A DNA stretch of 39,158 nt from Spirulina sp. Lineage in GTDB: Bacteria > Cyanobacteriota > Cyanobacteriia > Phormidesmidales > Phormidesmidaceae. A program made the position numbers and the translations under genes. The notes under the pieces were generated by a model that saw only the letters and a list, made by a program, of their open reading frames with translations, was not told the origin of the DNA and did no database searches. Numbering within the stretch: the stretch's first letter is position 1; each line of letters starts with the position of its first letter. The stretch is from NCBI GenBank assembly GCA_044070495.1, contig JBIPSI010000042.1:1-39158 (forward strand). The letters are read 5' to 3'. Positions 8,759 through 18,530 of the stretch are shown one piece after another.

Positions 8759-9727
8759 CTAGGAGGCTGGATCTGGGGAGTCTGGATCTGGGAAGTCTGG
8801 ATCTGGGGAGTCTGGATCTGGGCAGCCGGACGATACGGTCCACACCAAAAGGGCCTGATCTCCATTGCGCCAGCGCAGCCAGCCCGTTTCGGAGGTATGG
8901 CCAGGGAGGGGGGTGCAGCCCTGAACGGGTTGGGTGACCTCCACCTGTACCCAGTCGCCGTCAATGGTGAGGGGCCGGATGTAGCTGTTGGGGGCCACCA
9001 GAAACTGAAGCGGACTGGTTTCCCTAGGTTCGGTGCGGAGGGATTGGGACAGGCCATGCCGCCGAAAGCGAATTTGGGGCGCGGTCGCCAGGATGTCCTC
9101 CCAGGGTTGGAGGGTGAGGGTAATGGCCCCGTCATCGAGGTGGGCGATATTGGCCCAGGCGCTGCCAGCGGGGGTGTATTGAAACCGAAACCAGCCGTCG
9201 GATCGCTGTTCTAGCACCGGGAAGCTGTAGATGCCTTGGCGGGCTTCCACCATGGCAAAGCTGGCATCCTGGCCGATGGCGATGGGTTCGTAGCCGTTGA
9301 TCATCAGCCAGCCATTGACCATCCAGCCCCAGTGATCGCCGTCGGGGCCAACGTAGAGGGGCAGGGCTACGGATCGCAGCCAACGCCCGTAGGCCAGAGG
9401 ATGGCTCTCCCAGGCGGTGGTGTCGAGGAAGGACAGGTCACGAGGGTGCAGCAGGCCAACGCCTAGGTTATCCTCCGGGCCAGGAATGAGGCCCACAATG
9501 CCTGTGTTGGGCGGCACCACGGCATCTGGGATGGTCGTAGGTAGGGGCGGTCGGTCTGGAGGCGTTGGAGCGGTTTGAGGATCGGTCGGTTCGGTCTGCT
9601 TGGGCTGGGCCGCAGGGGACGGGTTGGCCATGGGGGTGGGGCGAACGGGGGGATTGGCCAGGGCCGCAGAGGGGTTCAGCCCTTGGATCCCGATCAGCGC
9701 ACCCAGTAGCACGGTGAGGCGCACCAT
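8759..9727 (-). CDS. Exported hypothetical protein with Pro-rich linker and possible SH3b-like segments
   Basis: Signal-peptide-like MVRLTVLLGALIGIQGLNPSAALA; LRTEP...GDWVQVEV...GWLRW pattern. The ORF extends upstream to 9979, so the start is uncertain. Confidence 0.65.
   Translation of the reverse strand: MVRLTVLLGALIGIQGLNPSAALANPPVRPTPMANPSPAAQPKQTEPTDPQTAPTPPDRPPLPTTIPDAVVPPNTGIVGLIPGPEDNLGVGLLHPRDLSFLDTTAWESHPLAYGRWLRSVALPLYVGPDGDHWGWMVNGWLMINGYEPIAIGQDASFAMVEARQGIYSFPVLEQRSDGWFRFQYTPAGSAWANIAHLDDGAITLTLQPWEDILATAPQIRFRRHGLSQSLRTEPRETSPLQFLVAPNSYIRPLTIDGDWVQVEVTQPVQGCTPLPGHTSETGWLRWRNGDQALLVWTVSSGCPDPDSPDPDFPDPDSPDPAS
8767..8826. repeat. 15-bp coding tandem repeat, 4 copies
   Basis: CTGGATCTGGGGAGT and variants, encoding the tail PDPDSPDPDFPDPDSPDP. 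Confidence 0.85.
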
Positions 9728-10051
9728 TGGCCTAGCTCGGAGCCTTCGCTGGGCACTTAGCCGAGGGGGCCGCGCCGCCAGGGAACTTGGGTTAACCGTT
9801 GATCCCCTGGGCGTGGATTGCCTGGGAATTGATCCCTTTGGGCGAGAGAGTTCGGCGAGAGAGGTTTCGGTGCAGGATGGTTCGGGGGTGGATGTCCTGG
9901 TCGTTAAGGATTGACCAGGTGGAGAGCAGATCAGAGATAGCAATGGTGCGTGACCCTGGCAGGGCATCGGCATAGTCATGGTGCAGCAAAACCGTCAGGT
10001 GCGGTAACAGGTGTGGTAAACAAGCAGGGTAGACAGCAACCGGAGAAGCGC

Positions 10052-10741
10052 GTGGAATCAGGCAAAAACACCCTGGCCTATGGCGTCATCGCCACGGACT
10101 ACGATGGCACCCTAGCTACGAAGGGAACGGTGGATACGGCCACCCTAGAGTCCCTAGAACGCTACCGCCACCATGGCGGCCATCTGATCCTAGTGACTGG
10201 GCGGCGGATCGACGAACTTTTGGAGGTTTTCCCCCATAGCCATCTATTTCAGGGCATTGTGGCAGAAAACGGGGCCGTTTTCCACCGGCCCTACGGCAAT
10301 CAGGTAAAACCTTTAGCCGATCCCTTCCCCCTTATTCTCGTAGATACACTGAAGGCATCCGGCGTTGACCCCATCCACCAGGGGCAGGTCTTGGTGGCCA
10401 CCTGGGAACCCCATGGCGAAACGGTACAGCGCACTATCCAGGCTCTGGGGCTGGATGCGACGGTCATTCTCAATAAGCAGGCGGTGATGATTTTGCCCCA
10501 GGGGGTGAACAAAGCCAGCGGGCTAGCCTTCGCCTTGGCGGAACTCGGCCTTGCCCATCTGCCTACCGTGGGCATTGGCGATGCCGAAAACGATCACAGC
10601 CTGCTGCAAGCCTGCGACCGAGGGGTGGCGGTAGCCAATGCCCTGCCTGGGTTGAAGGCCATCGCCCACTACGTCACCCAGGGCGAACGGGGAGATGGGG
10701 TGCAGGAGGTGATCGATCTGCTGTTGGAGGGTGGCCTATAG
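10052..10741 (+). CDS. HAD-IIB (Cof-like) hydrolase
   Basis: Motifs ATDYDGTL, VTGR, GVNKASGL and GDAEND; GTG start at 10052 preceded by GGAG. Confidence 0.85.
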   Translation: MESGKNTLAYGVIATDYDGTLATKGTVDTATLESLERYRHHGGHLILVTGRRIDELLEVFPHSHLFQGIVAENGAVFHRPYGNQVKPLADPFPLILVDTLKASGVDPIHQGQVLVATWEPHGETVQRTIQALGLDATVILNKQAVMILPQGVNKASGLAFALAELGLAHLPTVGIGDAENDHSLLQACDRGVAVANALPGLKAIAHYVTQGERGDGVQEVIDLLLEGGL

Positions 10742-10763
10742 GCCCAGGCTGATGCTCAGCCGG

Positions 10764-12218
10764 TTAAGGGTCTTGGGCCAAGGAACAATCTGGATAGGAG
10801 CGGGCAGGGCTAAAGAGGGCGTAGCGGTTTTTCCCGGACAGCTTAGCCTGGTACATGGCCTGATCCGCCTGACGCAACAGTTGATCGGCCTCTAAAATCT
10901 CCCCCTGGGGGTAGAAGGCGGCCCCCAGGCTGGCAGAAACTTGCAGAGTGGCGGTGCCCCACGGCACGGGTTGGGCTGCCGCCATCAGCAGGCGTTGAAA
11001 AATGGTCTGGCTGGCCGCTGGGGTATCCACCTCCGCCAACACCGCCACAAACTCATCGCCCCCGAGACGGGCCAGGGTGTCGGCTTCCCGCAATACTTGG
11101 GCCATGCGGTGGGCCACCGTAATCAACAGGTGGTCGCCCGCCTCGTGGCCGTAGGTATCGTTGACGGCTTTAAAGGCGTCTAGGTCAATGTAGGCCACTG
11201 CTAGCTGTCGATGGTGCCGCACGGCCTGAACCATGGCGTGGTGGAGACGATCCGCCAACAACAGACGATTGGGCAGGTTGGTGAGGGCATCGTAGTGGGC
11301 AATGTGTTCGAGTTCCTGCTGATGAACCTTTTGTAGGGTGATGTTGGAAAACAAAGCGACGTAGCGCTGGGTTTCGCCCTGGGGATTGTGCACGGCACTA
11401 ATGGTCATCATCGCGGCATACAGTTCGCCATCCTTGCGGCGGTTCCAAATTTCGCCGCACCAGTAGCCTTTCTCGGTTAGGCCGCGCCACAGGGCTCGAT
11501 AGAAGGCCTCCTCTTGCAGTCCCGACTTCAGCATCCGGGGAGTATGGCCTAGGGCTTCCTCGCGGGCGTAGCCCGTGATATAAGTGAAGGCCTTGTTGAC
11601 TTCCAGAATAGTGCCCTGGGCATCGGTAATAAAAATGCCTTCACGGGCATGGGTAAACACGCTGGCCGCCAGTTCGAGGGCTTCGTTGGTGGCCCGGAGT
11701 TCCTGCTCAAGCTCTTGCCGTCGGGCCACCTCATCGGTTAGTTCCTGGGTGCGTTCTTCCACCCGTTCCTCTAGGTGGGTGAGCAAATTCTGAAGACGGC
11801 GATTTTTTTCCTGAATATCCTGCAAAAAAGCCCGATTTTCCAGCACCGTTGCCACAATATTGGCAATATTGCGAATGTAGGGTTCGTAGGCTGTGAAAGC
11901 GAGTTCGTTATCAACGCTAATCAGCAGATGGCCGTATTGGTGGCGAGGGGTGGACAAGGGCAAACTGCGCTGCACAAGGGGTGAGGCGTCCGGTGCCGTT
12001 GCGGTATGCTTTCCACCTCCAGGGAAGTGGGTCGGATAGACGGCCCCTCTCACACAAAGGGTAATGTGGGCGACCCCGGGCACCTCCCGTAGGGCCGCCC
12101 CCAGGAAAATGGCCATTGCCCCCAAATCGGGTAGCACGTCTAACATGCTGGGAATAATCAGCAGACGGCCCAACACTTCGGGACTCACCGACAGGGGAAC
12201 AGGGGCAGGGTTAGCCAT
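10764..12218 (-). CDS. Diguanylate cyclase (N-terminal domain, coiled coil, PAS, GGDEF)
   Basis: PAS NKAFTYITGY...WCGEIWNRRKDGE; DALTNLPNR, IDLDAFKAVNDTYGH, I-site READ and an intact GGDEF. Confidence 0.92.
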   Translation of the reverse strand: MANPAPVPLSVSPEVLGRLLIIPSMLDVLPDLGAMAIFLGAALREVPGVAHITLCVRGAVYPTHFPGGGKHTATAPDASPLVQRSLPLSTPRHQYGHLLISVDNELAFTAYEPYIRNIANIVATVLENRAFLQDIQEKNRRLQNLLTHLEERVEERTQELTDEVARRQELEQELRATNEALELAASVFTHAREGIFITDAQGTILEVNKAFTYITGYAREEALGHTPRMLKSGLQEEAFYRALWRGLTEKGYWCGEIWNRRKDGELYAAMMTISAVHNPQGETQRYVALFSNITLQKVHQQELEHIAHYDALTNLPNRLLLADRLHHAMVQAVRHHRQLAVAYIDLDAFKAVNDTYGHEAGDHLLITVAHRMAQVLREADTLARLGGDEFVAVLAEVDTPAASQTIFQRLLMAAAQPVPWGTATLQVSASLGAAFYPQGEILEADQLLRQADQAMYQAKLSGKNRYALFSPARSYPDCSLAQDP

Positions 12219-12888
12219 CGAGGGGCAATCCGTGACTGGTCAGAAACTCTCTAGCCGGGATGTAGTAGGGGTTGCGGACGATCTGCCCGCGCACCACCAT
12301 CATCGGATGCACCTGAAGAATTTCAAACAGCGTCGCCCCATCAAACCGATTGGCGTCGTACTGGCAAATGGCGGTGAGGGGATGGGTGTCCATCAGTAGG
12401 TTGAGACGCGATTCGTATTCCACCAACTGATCGGCCCCGGTGATATGCGGGGAGAGTGCCCAGGTCATTTCCCCGGTCACCCGCAGGTTGGCCCAGTGGT
12501 GATCTTGACAGGTGCAGTATAGATCCTTCAAGCGGTTGATCATTCCCCTGGCCGTGAAATGACCATCGGGGCAGTAAACCGTATGGGCGGGACAAAACAT
12601 CACCCCATCGCGGTGGAACTTGTCGGGGGGGTGAATCCCCAGGGCATTGAGGTAATCATCGACCAAGGCTGCGTTATCGAGGTCGGCAAAGTAGCCGACA
12701 AACTCATCCCCAGCCATGCCGCTGTTGGTGTAGCGAGCAATAACGTCGCGGCGTTCGGCTTCGTCGTTGAAGATGTAGCACATGTGAGTATTGGCCGGGA
12801 GCGGCTCCGGCGTAAACCCCATGTTAATCATCGGACTGGTGGCAGGTTTGGCATCACCCAGGGGTTCGGGCCTGACGGTAGTAGTCAT
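12211..12888 (-). CDS. Stand-alone MEDS (DcmR-like sensory) domain protein
   Basis: THMCYIF, LRVTGEMTWAL, LVEYESRLN, AICQYDANRF, VHP motifs; AAGGAG upstream; overlaps the cyclase start by 8 nt. Confidence 0.85.
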   Translation of the reverse strand: MTTTVRPEPLGDAKPATSPMINMGFTPEPLPANTHMCYIFNDEAERRDVIARYTNSGMAGDEFVGYFADLDNAALVDDYLNALGIHPPDKFHRDGVMFCPAHTVYCPDGHFTARGMINRLKDLYCTCQDHHWANLRVTGEMTWALSPHITGADQLVEYESRLNLLMDTHPLTAICQYDANRFDGATLFEILQVHPMMVVRGQIVRNPYYIPAREFLTSHGLPLDG

Positions 12889-13044
12889 GGCATTCTCCTT
12901 AAATCCAGCGCCAAAGCACCCAATCCGCCTAGCGCTGGGCGGCAATATAACGGGTTCTACTACAAGGATGCCCTGGTTCCCAGGGGGACCTATGACCCCA
13001 AACGTTAATTTTTGTAGGGTTTTCGCCCTTTTGTTCGGTGTTTG

Positions 13045-13638
13045 CTAGGTAGGTTCCCCCAACCCGTGGGGAGCGCCGCTCTTGGGCCAGGGGCCGGGGG
13101 GCTGGGGCGGCAGGTTTTTGACGGTGGTTTCCGTATGGTAGAGGGTAAAGCCCCGTGCTTCGTAGTTGCGGTAGGCGGCGGGGCCATCCAAGCTACAGGT
13201 ATGCACCCACACCCGCTGAGTATTGCCCATCCCCCAGGCTTCTCTCACCCCTACCGTGAGCAAATAGCCGCCCAGCCCTTGCCCGATGAACTGCGGCAAC
13301 AGCCCGAAATAGGCAATTTCGACGTTCCCTTTGGCCTGAGCCTCCAACTCCACGTAGCCCGCTGGGGTGCCCTCGCTCCAGGCCGTCCAGATTTCTACCT
13401 CAGGCCGTTCTAGGTGGCGCTGCCAGTCGGCATAGCTCCAGGGCAGGCGATCACACCAGTACCACGGCCCACCCACGGCGGTATAGAGAAACCTCCCGAA
13501 CTCAGGGCAGGGAACCTCCATCCGTTGAATGGCCAGATCGTAGGGATCGAAACGCTTGGGTCGCAGCGCTTCGGGGTTGAGCATTTCAAAGTACCAGGTG
13601 GTCACGGAGATGGCGACGGAGGCAGATCGTTTGCCCAT
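13045..13638 (-). CDS. GNAT family N-acetyltransferase
   Basis: EIAYFGLLPQFIGQGLGGYLL (acetyl-CoA motif A) and VWVHTCSLD...NYEARGF. Confidence 0.9.
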   Translation of the reverse strand: MGKRSASVAISVTTWYFEMLNPEALRPKRFDPYDLAIQRMEVPCPEFGRFLYTAVGGPWYWCDRLPWSYADWQRHLERPEVEIWTAWSEGTPAGYVELEAQAKGNVEIAYFGLLPQFIGQGLGGYLLTVGVREAWGMGNTQRVWVHTCSLDGPAAYRNYEARGFTLYHTETTVKNLPPQPPGPWPKSGAPHGLGEPT

Positions 13639-13703
13639 GGCGATACCGGTGGCAGAGGGGAGGGTTGGTTATTGATGACTGGTTATTGGGCCGGGATGCG
13701 TAC

Positions 13704-14492
13704 CTAGTGCAGCAATTCGCCGCGCAGGACGGTAACGGCTTGCCCTCGTAGCACGACCCGATCTCCGTGATCTTCCACTTGCAGTACGCCGCCTCGGCCC
13801 GAGGCTTGGTAGGCCAGGAAGCTGGTTTTGCCGAGGCGATCCCGCCAGTAGGGGCTGAGGGCGCAGTGGGCCGATCCGGTGACGGGATCTTCGTTAATGC
13901 CTAGGGCGGGAGCAAAAAAGCGAGAGACAAAATCGTAGGGGGCTTCTCCTCGACTGGTGACGATGATGCCATGCACCGGGAATTGCCCCAGGGCGGCAAA
14001 GTCTGGCTGCAAAGTCTGTACCGTCGCCGCTGAGTCGAGTTCCACCAGGTAGCCCAGGGCACTTTTGACCACCGCCACCGGAGGTTTGCCCAGGGCCGCC
14101 GCCAGCCCTTCGGGGGTCTCGATGGATTCGGAGGGATCGGCGGGAAAATTCAGTTCAATCCAATCCCCTTGGCGCTGGGCGGTCAACAGGCCGCTGCGGG
14201 TATAAAACCGAGCCTCCTGATCCGGCGCAAGATGGCCCTCACTCCACAGGGTATGGGCGCTGGCAAGGGTAGCATGGCCGCACAGATCCACCTCTACGGT
14301 GGGGGTAAACCAGCGCAGGCGATAGCCGTCCCCCTCCGGCAGCAGAAAGGCGGTTTCCGACAGGTTCATCTCCTGGGCCACCCGCTGCATCCAGTCGTCT
14401 GGCTGGGGTTCTGAGAGCACACACACCGCCGCCGGATTGCCACCGTAGGGCTGGTCGGTGAAGGCATCAACTTGTACGAAAGGAAGTCCCAT
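13704..14492 (-). CDS. PhzF family isomerase
   Basis: VDAFT...GNPAAV, MNLSETAF, EVDLCGHATLA, EDPVTGSAH. Confidence 0.93.
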   Translation of the reverse strand: MGLPFVQVDAFTDQPYGGNPAAVCVLSEPQPDDWMQRVAQEMNLSETAFLLPEGDGYRLRWFTPTVEVDLCGHATLASAHTLWSEGHLAPDQEARFYTRSGLLTAQRQGDWIELNFPADPSESIETPEGLAAALGKPPVAVVKSALGYLVELDSAATVQTLQPDFAALGQFPVHGIIVTSRGEAPYDFVSRFFAPALGINEDPVTGSAHCALSPYWRDRLGKTSFLAYQASGRGGVLQVEDHGDRVVLRGQAVTVLRGELLH

Positions 14493-14568
14493 GCGGTCTT
14501 TTCGTCCTGTCTTTTCGTCCTGAACGTGCAGTCACCTAAACATGCCACCCATCGGAGGCACCCATTTC

Positions 14569-15480
14569 CTAGCGGTTGGCCTCTTGGCGATCCTGGCGCA
14601 GATCGGCGATCAGTTGTTCGAGCTGGTCGCTGCTGGTGTGGTACACCTCGTTGCAGAAGTGGCAGGTGGCTTCGGCCCCGTTGTCCTTCTCAATCATGTC
14701 TTGCAGCTCGTCTTCCCCTAGCATTTTGAGGGCACCGAGCATTCGATCAAAGGAACAGGGACAGTGGAAGCGCACCAGTTGGCTTTCGGGCAGAATGGTG
14801 AGATCCATGTCGCCCACCAGGTCTTCAAAGATTTGGGGCAGGGTTTTGTTGGCCCGCAGCATGGGGGTAAAGCCCGTCAGGCTAGAGAGGCGCTGTTCTA
14901 GGGCGGCGACCATCTCCAGGTCTTCGGCGGCACGGGGCAGAATTTGCAGCAGCAGCCCCCCAGCCGCCTCCACACCGTTGCTGCCCACATAGACCCCCAA
15001 CACCAGGGCCGAGGGGGTTTGCTCGGAGGTGGCCAGGTAGTGGGTGATATCTTCGCCAATTTCCCCGGAGACCAGTTCCACGGTGCTGGAGTAGGGGTAG
15101 CCATAGCCCACATCGCGCACCACGTAGACATAGCCCTGGCGACCCACGGCAGCTCCCACATCCAGCTTGCCCATCGCATTGGGGGGCAGTTCCACCGCAG
15201 GGTTATCCACATAGCCGCGCACGGTGCCGTCTAGGCCCGCATCCACCAAAATGCCGCCCAGGGGGCCATTGCCTTTGACGCGAATATTCACGCGGGACTG
15301 GGGCCGTTTCATGCTAGAAGCCAACAACAGACCCGCCGCCATGGTGCGACCCAGGGCCGCTGTGGCCACGTAGGAGAGGTGATGGCGCTGACGGGCGACT
15401 TCGGTGAGTTTGGTGGTGATGGCCCCCACCACCCGGATGCCTCCCCCGGCGGCGGTCGCTCGAATTAACTGATCTGCCAT
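14569..15480 (-). CDS. hslO: Hsp33 redox-regulated chaperone
   Basis: SEQTPS, AAGGLLLQILP and the zinc motif CPCS...CHFC. Confidence 0.95.
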   Translation of the reverse strand: MADQLIRATAAGGGIRVVGAITTKLTEVARQRHHLSYVATAALGRTMAAGLLLASSMKRPQSRVNIRVKGNGPLGGILVDAGLDGTVRGYVDNPAVELPPNAMGKLDVGAAVGRQGYVYVVRDVGYGYPYSSTVELVSGEIGEDITHYLATSEQTPSALVLGVYVGSNGVEAAGGLLLQILPRAAEDLEMVAALEQRLSSLTGFTPMLRANKTLPQIFEDLVGDMDLTILPESQLVRFHCPCSFDRMLGALKMLGEDELQDMIEKDNGAEATCHFCNEVYHTSSDQLEQLIADLRQDRQEANR

Positions 15481-15602
15481 GGATGCTCACCAAACTCCTT
15501 CATGATTCTTAATCTGTACTCCATTGTAAGAGCATCCACCCGAAACACGGCGCAACAACGGCGTAGTCTACCGAATCCGCCCAGGGCCGGATTTCCTCAC
15601 CC

Positions 15603-16505
15603 CTAGCCCAAACGCGGCCACACCCGTGAGGCCACCGCCGGACGACCGAGGTAAAGGGGACGCAGCACTTGCCACACCGCCACAAACCAACAGTGGGCGG
15701 CTTCGCTGGAGGGGCCTCGGTAGCGGCAGAGAACGCCCTTTTGCAGCCGAGACACCCCCACCGCCCCCGACTGATCCCTGGGCCACAGGTCTCGCAGGGT
15801 GGCGACCTGTTCGGGGCTGGGCATCCACCCCACCAGGGCCAGGTTGCCTACCACGGCCTGACCCGCTAGCCCATTGGCACTATCGAGGGCTAGGCTTCCC
15901 CCCGCCACCTGCTGCCGATCAACCCACAGCGGCAGATCCCCCTGCCATACCTCCAGGTCAGACCGCCAGCGGCCTTGGGAGAACCGCTCTCCGCCAGCGC
16001 TGCGGCCAAAACGGGTGACATCCCAACCGCACCACAGCGCCCCCTCCGCTAGGTTCACCCGCAACCGTTGGTGATACTGGGCACCGCTGAAAATAATCGT
16101 GTCCTGGGGAAACCACTCCAAACAACTCCCAGGGGCCAGGGTGAGGGTCACGGTTTGCTGGGTTTGGGCCAAGACTGCTGTGGACTCTACCTCTGCGCCC
16201 AAGCCTTCTCCATGGCCGTAGATTTTGTTGGCCGCTGCGGTGGTAATCAGGGCGCGGCTGTGGGGATGGGTTTGGATGTTGACCGTGAGCTGATCGCCAC
16301 CCACCATGCCCCCCGCCGTGTGGACAAGCACGCTATGGCAAACCTCCGCCCCCTCTGGATAGAGGGGGCGCTGCACCTTTAGGGGGGCTTGGGTGAAGCT
16401 GCGTGTGGGCACCGTTTTGGGGCCTCGCTGGTCGTAGACGAAATCTGCCTTGCCGTGCCACCCTGTTCTTGCCGTTTGCGCCGTCATCTGCACCGATGCC
16501 ACCAT
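15603..16505 (-). CDS. ureD: Urease accessory protein UreD
   Basis: APLKVQRPLYPEG, HTAGGMVGGD, ITTAAANKIY, LEWFPQDTI. Start at 16505 or 16487. Confidence 0.92.
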   Translation of the reverse strand: MVASVQMTAQTARTGWHGKADFVYDQRGPKTVPTRSFTQAPLKVQRPLYPEGAEVCHSVLVHTAGGMVGGDQLTVNIQTHPHSRALITTAAANKIYGHGEGLGAEVESTAVLAQTQQTVTLTLAPGSCLEWFPQDTIIFSGAQYHQRLRVNLAEGALWCGWDVTRFGRSAGGERFSQGRWRSDLEVWQGDLPLWVDRQQVAGGSLALDSANGLAGQAVVGNLALVGWMPSPEQVATLRDLWPRDQSGAVGVSRLQKGVLCRYRGPSSEAAHCWFVAVWQVLRPLYLGRPAVASRVWPRLG

Positions 16506-16645
16506 TCGCCTAGTTAACCCTTCTACTAATACTCCGAGCCACCCCCCTTTTGCGAGTCCTCCTGGCGACGGTACAGGGGGCATGGCACGTTGAGGACGAC
16601 AACCCCGGAATGCCCAGCGACCATCTAGGGTATGCGCCACGGCTT

Positions 16646-16708
16646 CTTAATCTTTAATTAACCCTAGGTCAACGTTTCGTTAATGTGGACTCAAACAGTT
16701 ATTAACAA
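16646..16708 (+). promoter_or_regulatory. Pho-box (SphR/PhoB) array: six 8-bp repeats at 11-bp period
   Basis: CTTAATCT, ATTAACCC, GTCAACGT, GTTAATGT, CTCAAACA, ATTAACAA with 3-nt spacers resemble the cyanobacterial PyTTAAPyPy(T/A) box. Possible -10 TAGCAT at 16717-16722; lies upstream of pstSCAB. Confidence 0.72.
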
Positions 16709-17337
16709 GCCCGATGTAGCATACCTCCTGTAAACTATTGGATTTTGCTTGGAAATCAGATTGTACTCTGGGGTTTGCCTGATTCCTTCCGATTAAGGTT
16801 GCCGTCATTTTCAGCCCGTAGGTTGCTTAGTCGCCTTGAGTATCTCCCTGGGATTTTGAATTTGGTCTATTCTCTACTTCTTAAGATTTTGAAAAGAGCA
16901 TCTAGGAGAATCTAGAGATGTGCCACTCTGATTTCCAAGCTATCTTCAGAATCTTCAGGAAATATCCTCAGGAAGGAAGATGGCAGAAGGTGCAAAGGAG
17001 GCCAAGTAGGATAAAACCGCTGATTTTCTAGGGTTAATCAACGCTTTGGGCTTCTGTGTCGGCTTTGACCTAGTTGTGAAAAGAGGTTGATGAGTCGGTT
17101 GATACATGAATCTTTGGTGACGATTGGCTTGGTAGTTTAGCGCCTAATGTGCCGTTGCCGATGCCAATCAATGCTATATTTGGCTGAGCAAAGACCACCC
17201 TTGACAGATGATTGATTGCCGCTGTATTTGTTGTCGTTGATTGAATCTGTAAGGCTGGTTTTTGCGATTAAAACAGCCCTAGTTTGTCTGCTAGATCGTC
17301 TGTTTGAATTGTGTTTTAGGTGAAACTGAGGAAGCGT

Positions 17338-18384
17338 ATGTTGTCCAATCGTAAAATCTTTTCGGTCGGTCGTTCTGGTCTGCTCCTAGCGGGCGTGCTG
17401 GGTGTGGTGGCCTGTGGTGGCGGCACCCAAACCACCACGGAAGCCCCTGCCGATGGCATGGCGGCGGGTGGTTCTGACCTCACCGGGTCTGTGCTGGTGG
17501 ATGGTTCTAGTACCGTGTTCCCCATCTCCGAAGCCATGGCCGAGGAATTTGGGAAGGCTAATCCCGGCGTGGCGGTAACCGTGGGCGTTTCCGGTACCGG
17601 CGGCGGCTTTAAGAAGTTCTGTGCGGGCGAAACCGACATCAGCGGTGCCTCTCGCCCCATCACCCAAGAGGAAATCGACCTCTGTGCTGAGGGGGGCATT
17701 GAGTTTGTTGAGCTACCCATCTCCTTTGATGGCCTCTCTGTGGTGGTGCACCCCGACAACGAGTTCGCCCAGTGCCTCACCACCGACGAACTGAAAACCA
17801 TGTGGGAACCCGCCGCCCAGGGTACCGTAACGAGCTGGAGCCAGATTCGAGCCGACTTCCCCGACCAACCCCTCGGTCTGTTTGGCCCTGGTACCGACTC
17901 CGGCACCTACGACTTCTTCATGGAAGCCATTGGCGCTGACGGCGAAAGCCGGGGCGACTACACCGCCAGCGAAGACGACAACGTGATCGTGCAGGGTGTA
18001 TCCACCGATCCCAATGGCCTGGGCTTCTTTGGCTTTGCCTACTATGTAGAAAACTCTGATCGTCTGAGCTTGGTGGCCATTGATGGCGGCACCGGCTGCG
18101 TTGCCCCCAGCCCCGAAACCATCGCCGACGGCAGCTACCAGCCCATGTCCCGGCCTGAGTTCATCTACGTGAAGACCACCTCTCTGGCGGAAAACCCCGC
18201 TGTTAAAGCCTTCGTGGACTTCTACCTGGACATGGCCAACGCCACCCTCATTGAAGAAGTGGGCTACGTACCCCTGCCTGCAGACATCAATGCCAAGGTG
18301 CAAGAGCGGGCCGCCAATGCGGTAACGGGTTCGGTGTTTGAGGGCGGCTCTGCCGTGGGCAAGAGCCTGGTGGATCTGCTCTAA
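17338..18384 (+). CDS. pstS: Phosphate ABC transporter substrate-binding lipoprotein
   Basis: Lipobox GVVAC; DGSSTVFPI, SGTGGGFKKFC, PGTDSGTYDFF, SEDDN. Confidence 0.95.
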   Translation: MLSNRKIFSVGRSGLLLAGVLGVVACGGGTQTTTEAPADGMAAGGSDLTGSVLVDGSSTVFPISEAMAEEFGKANPGVAVTVGVSGTGGGFKKFCAGETDISGASRPITQEEIDLCAEGGIEFVELPISFDGLSVVVHPDNEFAQCLTTDELKTMWEPAAQGTVTSWSQIRADFPDQPLGLFGPGTDSGTYDFFMEAIGADGESRGDYTASEDDNVIVQGVSTDPNGLGFFGFAYYVENSDRLSLVAIDGGTGCVAPSPETIADGSYQPMSRPEFIYVKTTSLAENPAVKAFVDFYLDMANATLIEEVGYVPLPADINAKVQERAANAVTGSVFEGGSAVGKSLVDLL

Positions 18385-18445
18385 GGTTCGTCCTTGGTCA
18401 CGACCTCTAGTGTCAACCTAAACGGCTAGCGTTTATCGGTGAGAG

Positions 18446-18477
18446 GGGGTCAGTGTTCTACGGCGCTGACCCCTTTT
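18446..18477 (+). terminator. Intercistronic hairpin after pstS (partial terminator or mRNA stabiliser)
   Basis: GGGGTCAG...CTGACCCC followed by TTTT. Confidence 0.6.
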
Positions 18478-18530
18478 GCTTTGGCCTAGCCACCTGTCTC
18501 TACCTTTCCCTATCGCTAAGAGATAACGCG

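Noticed and set aside
8767..8826. Tandem repeats here and at 25235-25270 as CRISPR arrays
   Set aside because: Units are 12-15 bp, have no unique spacers, and no cas genes are present.
13704..14492. PhzF as evidence of phenazine biosynthesis
   Set aside because: No other phz genes; PhzF-like proteins are widespread singletons.
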